A stretch of 55,038 nucleotides of DNA, filler included, from Haplodiscus bocki (Eukaryota): assembly GCA_965655095.1 (NCBI GenBank). It is 2 parts of 2 records of this genome, joined end to end, with 100 filler letters (N's around TTAATTAATTAA, not from the genome) between each part and the next. Parts side by side here need not be neighbours in the genome. Positions count along the whole stretch, not along the records: positions 1 to 27,802 come from OZ296655.1; 1 more part is not named here. One strand, written 5' to 3'. Shown here piece by piece: positions 1-14,035 of this stretch. Position 1 is the stretch's first letter. Every line of letters starts with the position of its first letter. The notes under the pieces are model-generated. The model did not search any database. It was given only the letters and a program-made list of their open reading frames with translations, and was not told where the DNA came from. The position numbers were made by a program, and so were the translations under genes.

Positions 1-3000
1 AAATATCCGGAAAGCACTAGGTGAAAATTCCGACAGGGAATCTGACCCAAAGATAAAAAGAAGCCATTGCAATGAACGATGCAACTATATTTACAAACAC
101 AAAGAAGAAAAAGAGAGGTGTATACACGTTCCTTCTTTCATGTCTGAACAACGTTTGAGCACCAGGTCCGCGACTCATTTGCATCGCCAAAAGGTGAACT
201 TGTTTCGAGCATTCGCAAGCTAAAAGTACATTTTCGGCACTAAGAGGGCACCAACGAGCTGATAGTCTAAAATGCTCCATTCTTATTGTTTTTCAAAAGA
301 CACTACTACGGTGAAAGAAGTAGAACATCAAAAGATAGTTAACGAAAAAACATGAAAACGGGATTGTTTGTTCTCACAAAAAATCGAACATTTAATTCAT
401 CACTTTTTGCAAGACAAAAATGCTGCAGGATGCACAAACGTTTGAAGTGAAACTATATTGGAATGATAAAGCGCAACAACCGAGGTTAAAAAATCTTAGG
501 GCTAAAGATTACGAGCACATTAAAAGAACAGATATGATTACAACTTATTGAGAAAATTCAAACTAAAAACTTACTAGCAAATTGAAAAAACTCATTCCAT
601 TTAAGCAAACAACTAAAATCACCAACAAGATGAAAAAAAAACGAGTCTATCCAAATTCCTTCGTTTTTGCCTGAACAACATTTGAGGACCAGGTCCAAGA
701 CTTATATGCATCACCAAGAATCCAAGTGTTTTTGAGCTTCCACAAAACAGAAACAAATTTTCGGCACCAAGAGCGCCACCAACAATCAAATAGTTTATTA
801 GGCTCCAGTTTAATTTTTGAAAAATAACTATTGCCGTGAGAGAAATAGAACATCAAAAGAGAGTTAAAATTCAAGAAGAACTTGAAAACGGAAGTATATG
901 TTCTCACAAGTAATAAAAGGTTTAATTCAACACCATATGCGAAAAAGCAAACTGCATAGTGCACAAACATTGGGAGTGATGCTATATTGCATTGATAAAG
1001 CTCAACAAACGATATTAGATTATCCTAGGGCTAAAGCGTACGGGCACCTTTAAAAAACAGACCAGATTACACCTCAAGCTAAATTGTGAAAAGTCTTCAT
1101 GTCGTCAAAAAGAAAACGCAAACGCAATTGAGCAACTCTTGCAAATTTGAGTCCATGCAGAATATAAAACGACAAAAGGAGACACATTCCATTGGAAAAA
1201 ATCCAAAATCAATACAGTCGTCACCAAATTGCTTTTGGGAGCCAATTGCAAATGACGTTTCAGTGAAAATGCAAAAAGAGAAAGTTTCAGTATAAACACT
1301 GATCCAAACAAACTCCTCTTAATCGAGAATGAAGTAATTTCACTAACAGGTTGAAGAAAAACAGAAGTGTATCCATTATCCTCCAATTGTGTCTGAAGAT
1401 AATTTCAGCACCAGGACCGAGATTTGTATGCATCTCCAAAAATTCCAGTTTCTTAGTTTCCGCTGGCGAGAAACACAATTCCGGCTACCCTAGGGCCAAG
1501 AGCTAATCAATGCAATACTAGGTTTTCGTATGTTTATTCAAAAACAACTACTGCGGTAAACGGATTGGAACATCAAAAGTCTGTTTACATTGCAAAAAAC
1601 GTAGAAAATGGAACATTAGTTTTTCAGGAGTATTCAAAGAATTATTTTTTCCTCACTTGCCGGAAAAAAGTGGAAGACGCGCAAACACGAAAAGGAAAAG
1701 TTAGATTGCAATGAAATTTTCACCAACCGATTCCAGAAAATCTTATGGCTAAAAATTACGGGCACATTCAAATACTAGACCACAATAGCCCTCAAACCAA
1801 ACATCGAAAAGACTTCATGTCGTCAAAAGAAAAACACAATTGTGCAATTTTTGCAGATTTCAGTCCATAGAGATAATATGACAACAAGACGAGGCACATT
1901 CCAATAAAAAAAGTCCAAAGTCACTCCATTCAAGTTCAATTCAGTCTTGGAACTAAATTGCAAACGTTACAGCAACATTGAATTCTGATAAAATTTCAAC
2001 CAAAAACACTACCCAGAGATAAATGAAACACATTCTTCTCAACGGTACAACTATAGTCATTAACAAAATGCAGAGAAAATTGAGTCTATCCAGTTTTCTT
2101 CATGTTTGTCTGAAGAACATTTTAGCACCAAGTCCAAGATTTCTATGCATGTCTGAAAATTCCAATTTTTTTGTTCTAGTCTTCAAAACCAATAAACACA
2201 TTTCCGGCTACAGCAGCGCCAACAAATAGTCAATGCAACAGTAGGCTTCCTTATGTTCATTCAAAAACAACTAGTGCGGTAAGCGGATTAGGAAGTCAAA
2301 AGACTGTTTACACTGCAGAAAAACATTGAAAACGGAATAATAGGTTTTCAGAAGTAATCTGAGAGTTTTCATTTAGTTTTACGAAAAAAAGCTGGAGGAC
2401 GCAGTAACGCATTACCGAAAAGTTAAATTGCGTTGACAAAACTCATCAATTGATATTAGAAAAAACTTTTGGTAAAGAGTACTGGCACACTTAAAGAACA
2501 GACCAGAAAACACCTCAAGCTAGTTATCAAAAAGACTTCATGTCGTCAAAAGAAAAACGTAATTGAGCAATTATCGAAATTTCCAGTTCATGCGGACTTC
2601 AAAATGACAAAAATAGACACTTTCAAACGAAAAACCGTGATACCGTTTCGTGATCAAATCGTTCATCGATGCCAATTGCAAACGACATTTCAGTGCAAGT
2701 GCAATACCAGAAACTTTCAGCACAAACCCTGACCTACAGATAAAAAGAAACTCATCTTGATTTTAAATGCAAGTAAATTCATCAACAACACGAAGAGAAA
2801 GAGAAGTGTATCCAATTTCCTTCAATTTTATCTGAACATCATTTGAGTACCAAGGCCGAGACTTGTAAACATCTCCAAAAGTTCCAGTTTTTACTAATTT
2901 TTTCGGTCAGAAACACATTTCCGACTACAGCAGGGCCAACACCTAGTCAGTGCAATAATAGGTTTCTTTATTTTCATTCGAAAACAAATACTCTGGTACA

Positions 3001-6000
3001 CGAATTAGAACACCAAAGGACTGTTTACATTGCATAAAGCCTTGAAAACAGAACAGTAGAATTTCAGAACTAATCGAAGAATTAATTTTCCTATACCTGC
3101 ACAAAACAAACTGGAAGACGCACAAACGCAACAAAGAGAATTTAGATTACATTGGAAAAGCTCATGAATCGCTATGAAAAAATGCTATGGCTAAAAATTA
3201 CGGGCGCATTTAAATAATATATCACAAAAACCCTCAAACTAATCATCGAAAAGACTTCATGTCATCAAAAGAGAAAGACAATTGAGCAATTATTGCGAAC
3301 CGTAGTCCATGCAAGTATGACGACAAAAAAAGCACCTTCCCATAAAAGAAGAAAAAAATCAGTCCATTCAAGTTCAAGTCAGATTTGAAATCCAATTGCA
3401 ATCGTTTCACTAACAATGCAAAAGCAGTTTTTTCAAACACAAACACAACCCAGAGGTCAAGGAAACTCTTTCCATTCAACGACACAACTAAAATCACCAA
3501 CAAAGTGACTACAAAATATACTTTTATCCAATTTCGTTCGTTTTCGTCTGAACAACATTTGAGCACCAGGTCCAAGACTTGTATGCATCTCAAAAAGTTC
3601 AAGTTTTTCTAGCCTTTGCAGACCAGAAACAAATTTTCGGCACCAAGAGGGCCACCAACAATCAGATAGTTTAATAGGTTTCATCATAACTTTTCCAGAG
3701 ACAAATACTGCGGTGGAAGGGGTAGAACATCAAAAGACAGTAAAAAATGAAAGAAAACTTGAAAACGGAATTGTTTTCTCACAAGTAATCGAAGATCTAA
3801 TTCATCAAAACTTGCAAAAACCAAATTGCATCATGCACAATAATTTGAAGAGAAGTTATTTTGCATTGATAAAGCTCATCAACCGATATTAGAAAAATCT
3901 AGGGCTAAAGAGTACGGGCAGATCTAAAAAACAGACCAGAATACACCTCAGGCTAAAGTTTGAAAAGACTTCATGTCGTCAAAAGAGAAAAGCAATTGAG
4001 CATCCATTGCAAGTTAAAGTCCCTGCAGATTTGATGACGACAAAATGAACTACAATCTTATAAAAACAAGAACAGAATCAAATCATTCAAGTTCGAATCA
4101 GACTTGGAACACAATTGCAAATGTTGCAGTGAAAATGCAATTCGAGAAAATTTAACGGGGTATCTACATTGAAAAAAAAGCGAAGTTTTTCCATTTTCCT
4201 TCATTTATGTCTGAACAACGTTTGAGCACCAGGTCCGAGACTCGTATGAATTGCCAGAAGTTCAAGTTATTTCTAAACTTCGCAGACCAAAAACAATTTC
4301 AGCACCAGTAGGTGCACCAACGAGCACATATTGTAAAAGGCTCCATTTAAATTTTTCAAAAGACAACTACTGCGGTGAAAGGAGTAGAACATCAAAAGAC
4401 AGTTAACATTAAAGTAGGACTTGAAAACGGAATTATCCGATGTCACAAGTAATCGACGCTTTCATTCACCAGCACTTGCAAAAAAAAGGCTCTAGAGTGG
4501 ACAAACATCTGAAGCAATGTAATATTGCACTGATAAAGCTCATCAATCATCAATCGATATAAGAAGATCCTATAACTATAGAATACGGGCACATTTGAAG
4601 AACACATAGGATTACACCTCAAACTAAATAAGGAAAATACTCCATGTCGTCAAGGAAAAATACAATTGAGCAATTCTTGCAGAATTCAATCCATGCAGGT
4701 ATCAATGCGACAAAAAAAGGCACATTCCAACGCAAAAATTCCAAAATCAGTCCATTCGTGATCAAAACATTCTTGAAACCCAATTGCAAACGTTTCATTG
4801 AAAATGCAATTCGAGACAATTTTGACGGGTTATCTAACCCAAAGATCAAATTAAGTCATTGCCTTTAATGGTGCAAATATATTCACAAACACAATGAAGA
4901 AAAACTAAAATCTTTCCATTTTCTCTCGTTTATATCTGAAAAACGTTTGAGCACCAAGTCGGAGACTCTTATGGATTGCCGAAAGTTCCAGTTTTCTTCA
5001 AATTTTGCAGACTAAAAAATTTTTCAGCACCAAGTGGGGCACCAAAGAGCAGACAGTTTGAAAGGATCCATTTGTATTTTTCAAATGACAACTACTGCGG
5101 TGGAAAGAGTACAGCATCGGAAGACAGTTAATATTAAAGTAAGACTTGGAAACGAAATTAGCTGTTCCCGCCAGTAGTCGACGCTTTATTTCATCACTAT
5201 CTGCAAAAAAACAGACTGCGGGTTGGACGAACATCCGAAGTAAAGCGATATTGCACTGATAAAGCGCATAAAGCGATATTCGAAAAACCTAGGGCTAAAG
5301 ATTACGATCACATTCAAAGAACGGACCAGAAAACACCTCAAGCTAAATTGAGAAAAGACTTCATGTCGTCAACAGAAAAACGCAATTGAACAATCCTTGC
5401 AAATTTCCGTCCATGCAGATAATAGAACGACAGAAAAAGACACATGCCAATGGGAAAACTCCAAAATCAGTCCGACCGTGATCAAATCGTTTGTGGATGA
5501 CAACTGCAAACGAGGTTTCAGTGAAAATGGATTACCAGAAAATTTTAGCATTAACCTTGATCCAGAGAAAAAAAACTGATCCTAATTAGGAATGCTCTCA
5601 TATTCACTATAGAGATGATGAAAAACAGAAGTGAATACAATTACCTTCTTTTGTGTCTGAACATCATTTCAGCACCAAGACCGAGACTTGTGTGCATCTC
5701 CAGAAAGTCCAGTTTCTTTCTAGTTTCCGCTGGCGAGAAACACAATTCCGGCTACCTTAGGGCCACGAGCTAGTCAATGCAATAATAGAATTTCGTATGT
5801 TTGTTCAAAAACAACTACAGCAGTAAACGGATTAGAACACCAGAAGACTGTTAACATTGCAAAAAAATCTTAAAAACCGAGCAATTGACTTTCACAAGTA
5901 ATCAATTTTTTATTCTTTCCTTACTTTCACGAATAAAAAAAACTGAAGGACATACAAACACAAGAGAGAAAATTTACTTTGCATTGACAAAACTCATCAA

Positions 6001-9000
6001 TCGATAAGACAAAACCTTATGGCTAAAAGTACCGGCACGTTTAAAAAAAGACCACATTAACCCTCAAACTAATCATCAAAAAGATTTCAACTCGTCAAAA
6101 AAGAAAAGCATTTGAGCCTTTATTGCAAACCGTAGTCCATGCAAATATAATGACCACGAAGAGGAGCACATTCCTTCAAAATTAGAACAAAATCAATCCA
6201 TTCGAATTCAAATCGGATTTGGAACCGAATTGCAAACGTTTCACTGACAATGCAAAAGGAGTTTTTTCAACCACAAACCAAACCCACAGGTCAAAGAAAC
6301 TCATTCCATTCAACAACACAACTATAATCACCAACAAAACTAACAGAAAAAAGAAGTCTAACCATTTTCCTTCGTTTTTGTCACATCAGTATTTGAGCAC
6401 CAGGTCCAAGACTTGTATCTATCACGAAAAGTTCATGTTTTTTTGTCTAAATTTCGCAGACCAAAAAAAACATTTTCAGCACCAAGAGGGCCAGCAACAA
6501 GCAGATAATTTAAAAAGCGCAATTTATATCTATCAAAAAACAGCTACTGCGGTGGTGAAACAACTAGAACAATGCAAGACAGTTAATATTGAAAGAAAAC
6601 TCGAAAACGGAAATATTTGTTCTCACAACCAATCGAAGCTTTAACTCATCAATACTTGCAAAAAACAAACTACATGGTGCACAACTATTTGAGTCGGAAT
6701 TATATTGCAATGATGAAAGTCATCAACCTTTATTTGAAAAACCTCGGGCTAAAGATTACGATCACATTCAAAGAACGGACCAGAATACACCTCAAGCTAA
6801 ATTGAGAAAAGACTTCATGTCGTCAAAAGAAAAACGCATTTGAGCAATTCTTGCAAATTTTCGTCCATGCAGATAATATAACGACAAAAAAAGACACATG
6901 CCAACGAAAAAACTCAAAAATTAGTCCGATCGTGATCAAACTGTTTGTGGATGACAACTGCAAACGATGTTTCATTGGAAATGCAATACGAGAAAATTTC
7001 AGCATAAAACCTGATCCAGAGATAAAAAAACTGATCCCGATTAGGAAAGCATTTAAATTCACTGACAAGATGATGAAAAACAGAATTGTATACAATTTCT
7101 TCTTTTGTGTCCGAACATCATTTCAGCACCAAGACCCAGACTTGTATGCATCTCCAGAAATCCCAGTTTCTTTCTAGTTTCCGCTGGCGAGAAACATGAT
7201 TCCGGCTACCTTAGGGCCAAGAGCTAGTCAATGCAATAACAGAAGTTCGTATGTTTGTTCAAAAACAACTACTGCGGTAAACGGATTAGAACACCAGAAG
7301 ACTGTTAGCATTGCAAAAAAACCTTAAAAACGGAACCATAGATTTTCGCAGGTAATCAATTATTTAGTTTTTCCTTACTTTCACGAATAAAAAAAACTGA
7401 AGGACATACAAACACAAGAGAAAATTTACTTTGGATTGACAAAACTCATCAATCGATAAGACAAAATCTTATGGCTAAGAGTACCGGCACGGTTTAGAAA
7501 TGACTACAATAACCCTCAAACTGATCATTGAAAAGATTTCAATTCGTCAAAAAAGAAAAGCATTTGAGCATTCATTGCAAACCGTAGTCCATGCAAGTAT
7601 CATGACGACAAAAAATGCATATTCCTTTGAAAGAAGAACAAAATCAATCCATTCAAGTTCAAAACAGGTTTGGAACGCATCTGAAAACGTTTCACTAACA
7701 ATGCAATAGAAGAAAATTTCAACCAAGAACCATACAACAGGTCAAAGAAACAAATTGCATTCCAAGAAACATTTTTAATCAACAACAAAAAGAAGAGAAA
7801 AAAGAAGTCAATTCAAATTCCCTTGTTTTTGCCAGAACAATATTTGAGCACAAGGTCCAAGACTTGTATGCATCACGAAAAGTTCAAAATTTTTCTAGCT
7901 TTCGCAGATCAAAAATTTATTTTCGTTAGCAGAAGGGCCACCAACGATCAGATAATTTAAGTGGCGCCATTTTACTTTTCAAAAGACAACTACTTCGGTG
8001 AAAGGAGTAGAACATCAAAAGACAATTATCATTGAAAAAAAACTGAAAACGGAATTCTATGTTCTCACAAGTAATCAAAAATTTTTTGATCACTACTTGC
8101 AGAAAAACAAACTGCAGGATGCGCAAACATTCGAAGTAAAGTTATCCTGGATTGATAAAGCTCTTCAATCGATATTAGAACTCATTCGGCTATACAGTAC
8201 GGGCACAATTAAAAGACAGATTTGGGAAGCTGAGTCAAAAATTAAAGAGTCATTGCAATCAACGATGCAACTATTTTCACCAACACACAAAAAAAGAGAA
8301 ATAATTCGATTTACTTTCTTTTATGTCTGAAGAACGTTTGAGCACCATGTCCGGGACTCGTATGCCTTGCCAAAAATTGAAGTTTTTTCGGACATTCGCA
8401 AGCCAAAAGTATATCTTGGGCACCAGGAGGGCCACTAACGAAATGATAGTTTAAAGAGCTCCATTTTTTTGTTTTCCGAAAGAAAACTACTACGGTGAAA
8501 GGAGTAGAATATCAAAAGACAGTAAAAAATGAAAAACGGAAATATTCGTTCCCAAAAGTAATCGATGATTTATTTCACCACTTTTTGCAAGAAAAAAAGG
8601 CTGCAGGTTGCACAGACATTCCAAGTAAAGTTCTATTGAAATGATAAAGCTCATCAATCGATATTAGAAAACTCTAGGTCTAAAGAGTACGGGCAGATCT
8701 AAAGAACAGACCGGAATACACGTCAAGCTAAAATTTGAAAAACCTTCATGTCGTCAAAAGAGAAAAGCAATTGAGTTTTCGTTGCAAACTGTAGTCTATG
8801 CAGATATGATGACGACAAAAGGAAGCCCATTCCTATAATCAGGAACAAAATGAATGCCTTCAAGTTCGAATCAGATTTGGAATCCAGTTGAAAACTTTTA
8901 ATTAACAGTGCAATAGGAGAAATTTTCAAGCAGAAGCAAAACCCACAGGCGGAAAAGCTCATTCCATTCAACGATGCAACTATAATCACCAACAAAATGA

Positions 9001-11480
9001 AGAGAAAAAAGAAGTCTTTCGAGTTTTCTTCCATTATGCCTGAACAACAATTTAGCACCAAGTCCAAGACTTGTATGCATCTCCAGAAACTCCAATTTTT
9101 TCTAGTCTTCAAATCCCAAAACTAAATTTCCAGCTACAGCAGCGCCAACAACTTGTCAGTGCAATGGTAGGCTTGTTTAGGTTCTTTAAAAAATCATTGC
9201 ATCATAAATCTTTTGATTTTCTAATCCTGCGGTAAAAGGAATAGAACATCAAAATACTGTTTACTTTGCAAAAAACCTTGACAACGGAACAATAGGCTTT
9301 CAGAAGTAACCAAAGAAATTTTTTTCCATACACTAACGAAAAAAAACCTGGAACACCTGCAACCACAAGAAAGAAAATTTAGATTGCATTGACAAAACTC
9401 ATCAATCGATATGAGAAAATCATATGCATATGAAGTAATGGCGTTTTTAAATAGAGGACCGCAAACACCCTAGACTAATCTTCGAGGAGACTTCTTATCC
9501 TCGGATTTGAAAAACGGTTGAGCAATTTTTGCAAACTGTAGTCCATGCAGATATGATGACAACAAAACGAGGCACATTCTTCTAAAAGTTGAACAAAATC
9601 AATCCATTCAAGTCGAAATCAGATTTGGAACCCAATGGCAAACCTTTCAGTGGAGATGCAATTCGAGAAAATTTAACGGGGTAGTTACAATGAAGAAAAA
9701 GCAAAGTGTTTCCACTTGCCTTCGTTTAGGTCTGAACAACGTTTGAGCACCAGATCCAAGACTTTTATGCATCTCCAAATGTTTCAGTTTTTTTCTAGCT
9801 TCCGCACACCAAGAACACTTTTTTGGCTTACTCACGGCTACCAACAAGCAAGTGCAATAACAGGCTCCATGCTTTTCATTGAAAAACAACTAATACGGAA
9901 AAAGATGTAGAACATCAAAAAAAGAGTTAACATTGAACACAAAAATTAATAGAAAAATTATTGGTTTTCAGGAGAAATGACAAAACTCTTTCATCACTGC
10001 TTACAACAAAGGAAGGCTGGACGATCCATCATCGCAAGAAGTAAAGTTGAATTGCACTGACAAAGCTCATCAAAAGATTTGAGAAAATCTTATGACTAAA
10101 AAAACGAGCACATTCAATTATTAGACCAAAAAAAACGTCAAACTAATTATTGAAAAACTTCTTGTCGTCAAAACAGAAAAGCAATTGAGCATTCATTGCA
10201 ATCTTTGGTCCATGCAGATATGATGACGACAAAAAGCAGCACATTCCTATAAAAAAAAACAAAATCAATCCATTCAAGTTCAAATGAGATTTGGAACCAA
10301 ATTGGAAACATTTCACTAACAATGCCAAAGGTGAGTTTTTCAACAAAAAACCATACCCTGAGGTCAAAGAAAATCCTTCCATTTAACGATACAACTACGA
10401 TCAACAACAAGATGAAGAGGAAAATGAAGTCTATTCAATCTCCTTCTTTTATGTCTGAACAACATTTGAGCACCATGTGTATGACTTGTGTGCCTATCCC
10501 AAAGTTCCAGTCTTTTTCTAACCTTCAACGGCTTAAAACAGTTTTCGGGCTACAGTAGGGCCACCAACTAGTAGGTGCATCAGGTTTCTTCTTTTTCTCA
10601 TTCAAAACCAACTACTGCCGTATACGGAATAGAACATCAAAAGACTGTTAACATTGACAAACACCACGAAAATGGAAAAATTGGCTCTCAGAAGTGATTA
10701 GAGGAACATTTTGTCTTTACTGGCACTAAAAAGACTAGAAGACGCGCAAACACAAGAAAAGCTTAGATGGCATTGATACTCATCAATTGGTATTGTGAAA
10801 TTCCTATGGCTAAAAAGTGGTGGCAAATTTAAAGTACAGACCAGAAAACAACTCAATTTATTTTTTTGAAAAAAGTTCGTATCTTCAAAACCAAAACGCA
10901 ATTGAGCAGTTTTTGCAAAGTTAAGTCCATTTAGATAACAAGATGACAAAAAAGGCACCAATGAGGGGTCATCAATGAGTGAGTGCCGTGTTTGGCTTCA
11001 TTAAAATCATTCCCATAACCAATAGTAAACAAATTAGAACAAAAAAGACAGTTAGCATTGGGAAAAAATCATAGAATTGGGGCTTTTTGACTTTCAGACG
11101 CAAACAGAGATATATTTCATCACTACTTGCAAAGAAATTAGGCTGAATGACATACAATTTTATAAAGTACAGTCAAAAATTGCTCTCAAAAAGCTCATGA
11201 ACTGGTAATAGAAAATCCTTGGGCTGAAGAGTACGGTCACTATTAAAGAACAGACCAGAATACCCCTCAAACAGTTTATTGTAAAGATTTCCTATCGTCG
11301 AAAGAGAAACACAAGAACACTTCTTGCAGTTTTCCGTCCATGCAGATAAAAAAAATGACGAAACGAAGCATAATCAAACAGAAAAAAAATGAGAAACCTC
11401 TATGTTCGAAATCAATGAAACGGGATATCTGATACAAAAGAACAAAGTGTTTGATTGTGAAACATTTCATTGAACCAAAA
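1..11480. repeat. Diverged tandem satellite array, ~720-bp monomer, ~16-17 copies (runs off the left edge)
   Basis: Anchor motif (g/c/t)agcaccaRg(t/a)cc and variants recur at ~157, 684, 1406, 2123, 2845, 3561, 4224, 4949, 5670, 6395, 7124, 7846, 8340, 9053, 9745, 10468 (spacings mostly 713-729; 527, 663, 494, 692 where monomers are shortened). Other anchors (aagacttcatgtcgtcaaaa, gtccatgcaga, tagaacatcaaaagac, ggctaaagagtacgggcac) keep the same order in each unit. Confidence 0.95.
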
Positions 11481-13879
11481 GCCAATGCATCAAGTTACAT
11501 AAACATGACTTGTTTTGCAGTGTACTGCACCGCTAATCACAAATAACGCTCTTCTGGGGACTGCCAAGCGCCAATGCTGCCTTTTGAAAACCACTGACTG
11601 CTATGTGGTTGTTAATTTTGCGAAAATCTCAAAACTAAATCTTGCCGTAATCGCCAAACTTAAGCATATATACGTTTTTGGCGTTCAACGAAAACAATAC
11701 TATTAATTGAAAGCTGTGGCCAATTGCCTCAATTGTTCCAGAATTTCATTTTCATTGAATGCTACTTTGAACTAGGACGTCACTCTCGATGTGGATTTAG
11801 AAGTTAATGTTTACTTTTTGTGACTACCACCCCCTTCAAAAGCGCCCCTTCGAGCGATAGTTTTTAAAACTTTCTCTATAAATCTTTTCAATGGCTTACC
11901 TATGGCACTATTTCCAATTGTTTCAGAGATGTGTTGAACCTCCAGAAATCTTTATACCATCAATTCAAAACACACCAATATTATCTCAAAAGAACATAGG
12001 GCCGTGCGAACCATTGTCAAAATTTGTGGTCGCAAACTTCAAGAGGCCTTGATCAAGTATGGGCAGCTAGAAAAACGGGCGCCACTACGCTGCGGACCCT
12101 CCTAACAACGTCAATACCGGTCACAATTCTTTTGAATAAGCATCCCAGACATGAGAAAATTTGAAGGGGGTTTATAGTCTATGTCACTGTATTGCATATA
12201 TAACCATATCGACTGTTTGGAATAAATCGTTGAAAAAATTATAAACTAAGGCTCGTCCAGACAAATCATGACCGTCTTCTCTCTTCAGCTGTACAGAGGA
12301 AATTGATGAGTTTCCGAAATTCTACCGTGGAACTGAACGTCACCCCTCATACACAGTATCTAAAATGAGTATCCAACAGAACAAGTTATCAAAAAAATGG
12401 ATGAGATCTACACTCAAGTAAAACCCTCTTAGACACCAGAAGCTGTAGTAACATGTATCAGAAAACAATAACAACACGTCCCGCGAACGCCCTGTGTATT
12501 CCGCCTTACTAAATAAGAAACAAGCGTCAATAGAAGCGTAAATCAAGGCCAATAAAAAAATCAGAGTTTGCCCAGAACCCCGGAAACACTTATGGTTTTT
12601 CAAACTTTTTCAACAAGAACCAGAAAAATTTAGCAATAAGAACAACCTGGGAAAAATGGTGTACGAATGACAAGCAACTGCAAGTTTGGTGAAGGGTTTA
12701 CTACACAAAAAGAAAGTGCCGCCAAAAACTTTTCGACGTCTTTGCCGAAGGAACGAAAAAAAGCAAGTGTAAACAGCAAGTCAATAAAAAGCCTGAGATT
12801 GATGATCAGTGAATGTCTGTGTTATAGCGTCAAGATGATCACATCGAGTCAAGAAAGCGAGTGAGCTAATCATGTCTTTCATGAAGTCATCTCTGACATT
12901 CCCTCGCCTGTTTTGTTCATTCAGCAAGATTTTAGTGACTTCGGGGGGAAAAAACGGAAGCAGACATTCCAAATGTCTTCGACAGATTGAAAATTCGATC
13001 TACTGATCTGGTCGAACGGTTTGCTGGTAACGGAAAAGACCCGAAACGAAGACATTTACCTTTAAATAGTTTTGCTCTCCGTATAAAACACGGAAAGGGT
13101 AAATCCTCAATTTGGATGATATTCTCAGAAACTGGAAGGCAATCTAAAACTCTACATTTAATTTTCCAAAACAACATTCCAAAACAAGAATAATAATTTT
13201 GTCCAAAACTTTCGAGATGATCTTTCCTCTCAAAGATCTTTTACCTTCCGAGCTTACCATACATCTTTGCGAGCTGGGATTCTGAAAAACTGATGAAGTT
13301 TTTGAAAATGCCAGAAGAATTTATATTTTTAATTTTTCCCTCGAAAAATAATTTTTCTAAATAAAATTGCTGGCAAGTTTTATGGGACCACCTGCGAAAA
13401 TAATTTTCAAGCTTCATCCAAAATTTCCCAAATTTCTTTAGTTAAAAGAATTTAATAGTCCAATGGAACGTGTTCCGCACGCCCCAAAAATACAAAAAAC
13501 ACACGTTTGGGAAGGCAAAACTTAATTTGGTGACAGTATTTCGTCAATGTTTACTTCCTTTTTTCTTCGTTGCGGTAGATAAGCGTGCTTCAAAATTGTT
13601 TTTCAAAAAAATGAATTTTGTTCTTACGGTATAAGTTTTGCAGAGAAATTATAGAACGTTGATTTTAAGGGAAAATATTCATTGTCTCATAATCCTTATT
13701 AACATTTTTTCCGTGTCTGCAAGTCATCATATAGTTGATTCACATGTCGATGGTCACGGTTTCCTTTTACCGATATAAAACTTACGATTTTTTATTATAA
13801 TGTTCCACAAGAACCAATTCAGCAATAGGAAAAACTCCGGGTCTTTTTTTTGACTTCTGCAACTCACTACTTTTGTTAA

Positions 13880-14035
13880 TTGTGCAAACAAAACAAGCAA
13901 AACAGATGCATGCATGCCGCCAACTTTTTTCTAAGAAGTTAGGACACCTTGCATAAAAAAAACCTATAAAAATTTTCCGCACTTGGTAAATTTCTTGCTA
14001 AAAAATACTGAAACATGGAAAAGTGCGAAAAAACC
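13880..14035 (+). repeat. Dispersed short repeat, copy 1 (related to ~29695-29860)
   Basis: gtgcaaacaaaacaagcaaaacagatgcatgcatgc...gacaccttgcat...aacatggaaaa aligns by eye with gtgcagacaaaacatgcaaaatgcatgcatgc...gacatcttgcat...aacatggaaaa near 29.7-29.85 kb. Confidence 0.55.

Noticed and set aside
1-11480. CRISPR array or repeat-protein gene (many similar 60-140 aa ORFs on both strands)
   Set aside because: Whole ~720-bp units are homologous with no unique spacers and no cas genes; ORFs appear in several frames with free indels, as expected for a non-coding satellite.
11700-12110. Possible hAT transposase remnant on the minus strand (VRRVRSVVARFSSCP...MV*RFLEV)
   Set aside because: Only faint motif resemblance; no intact catalytic motif or TIR.
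12240-13310. Coding-looking plus-strand stretch
   Set aside because: Many stops and no recognisable domain.
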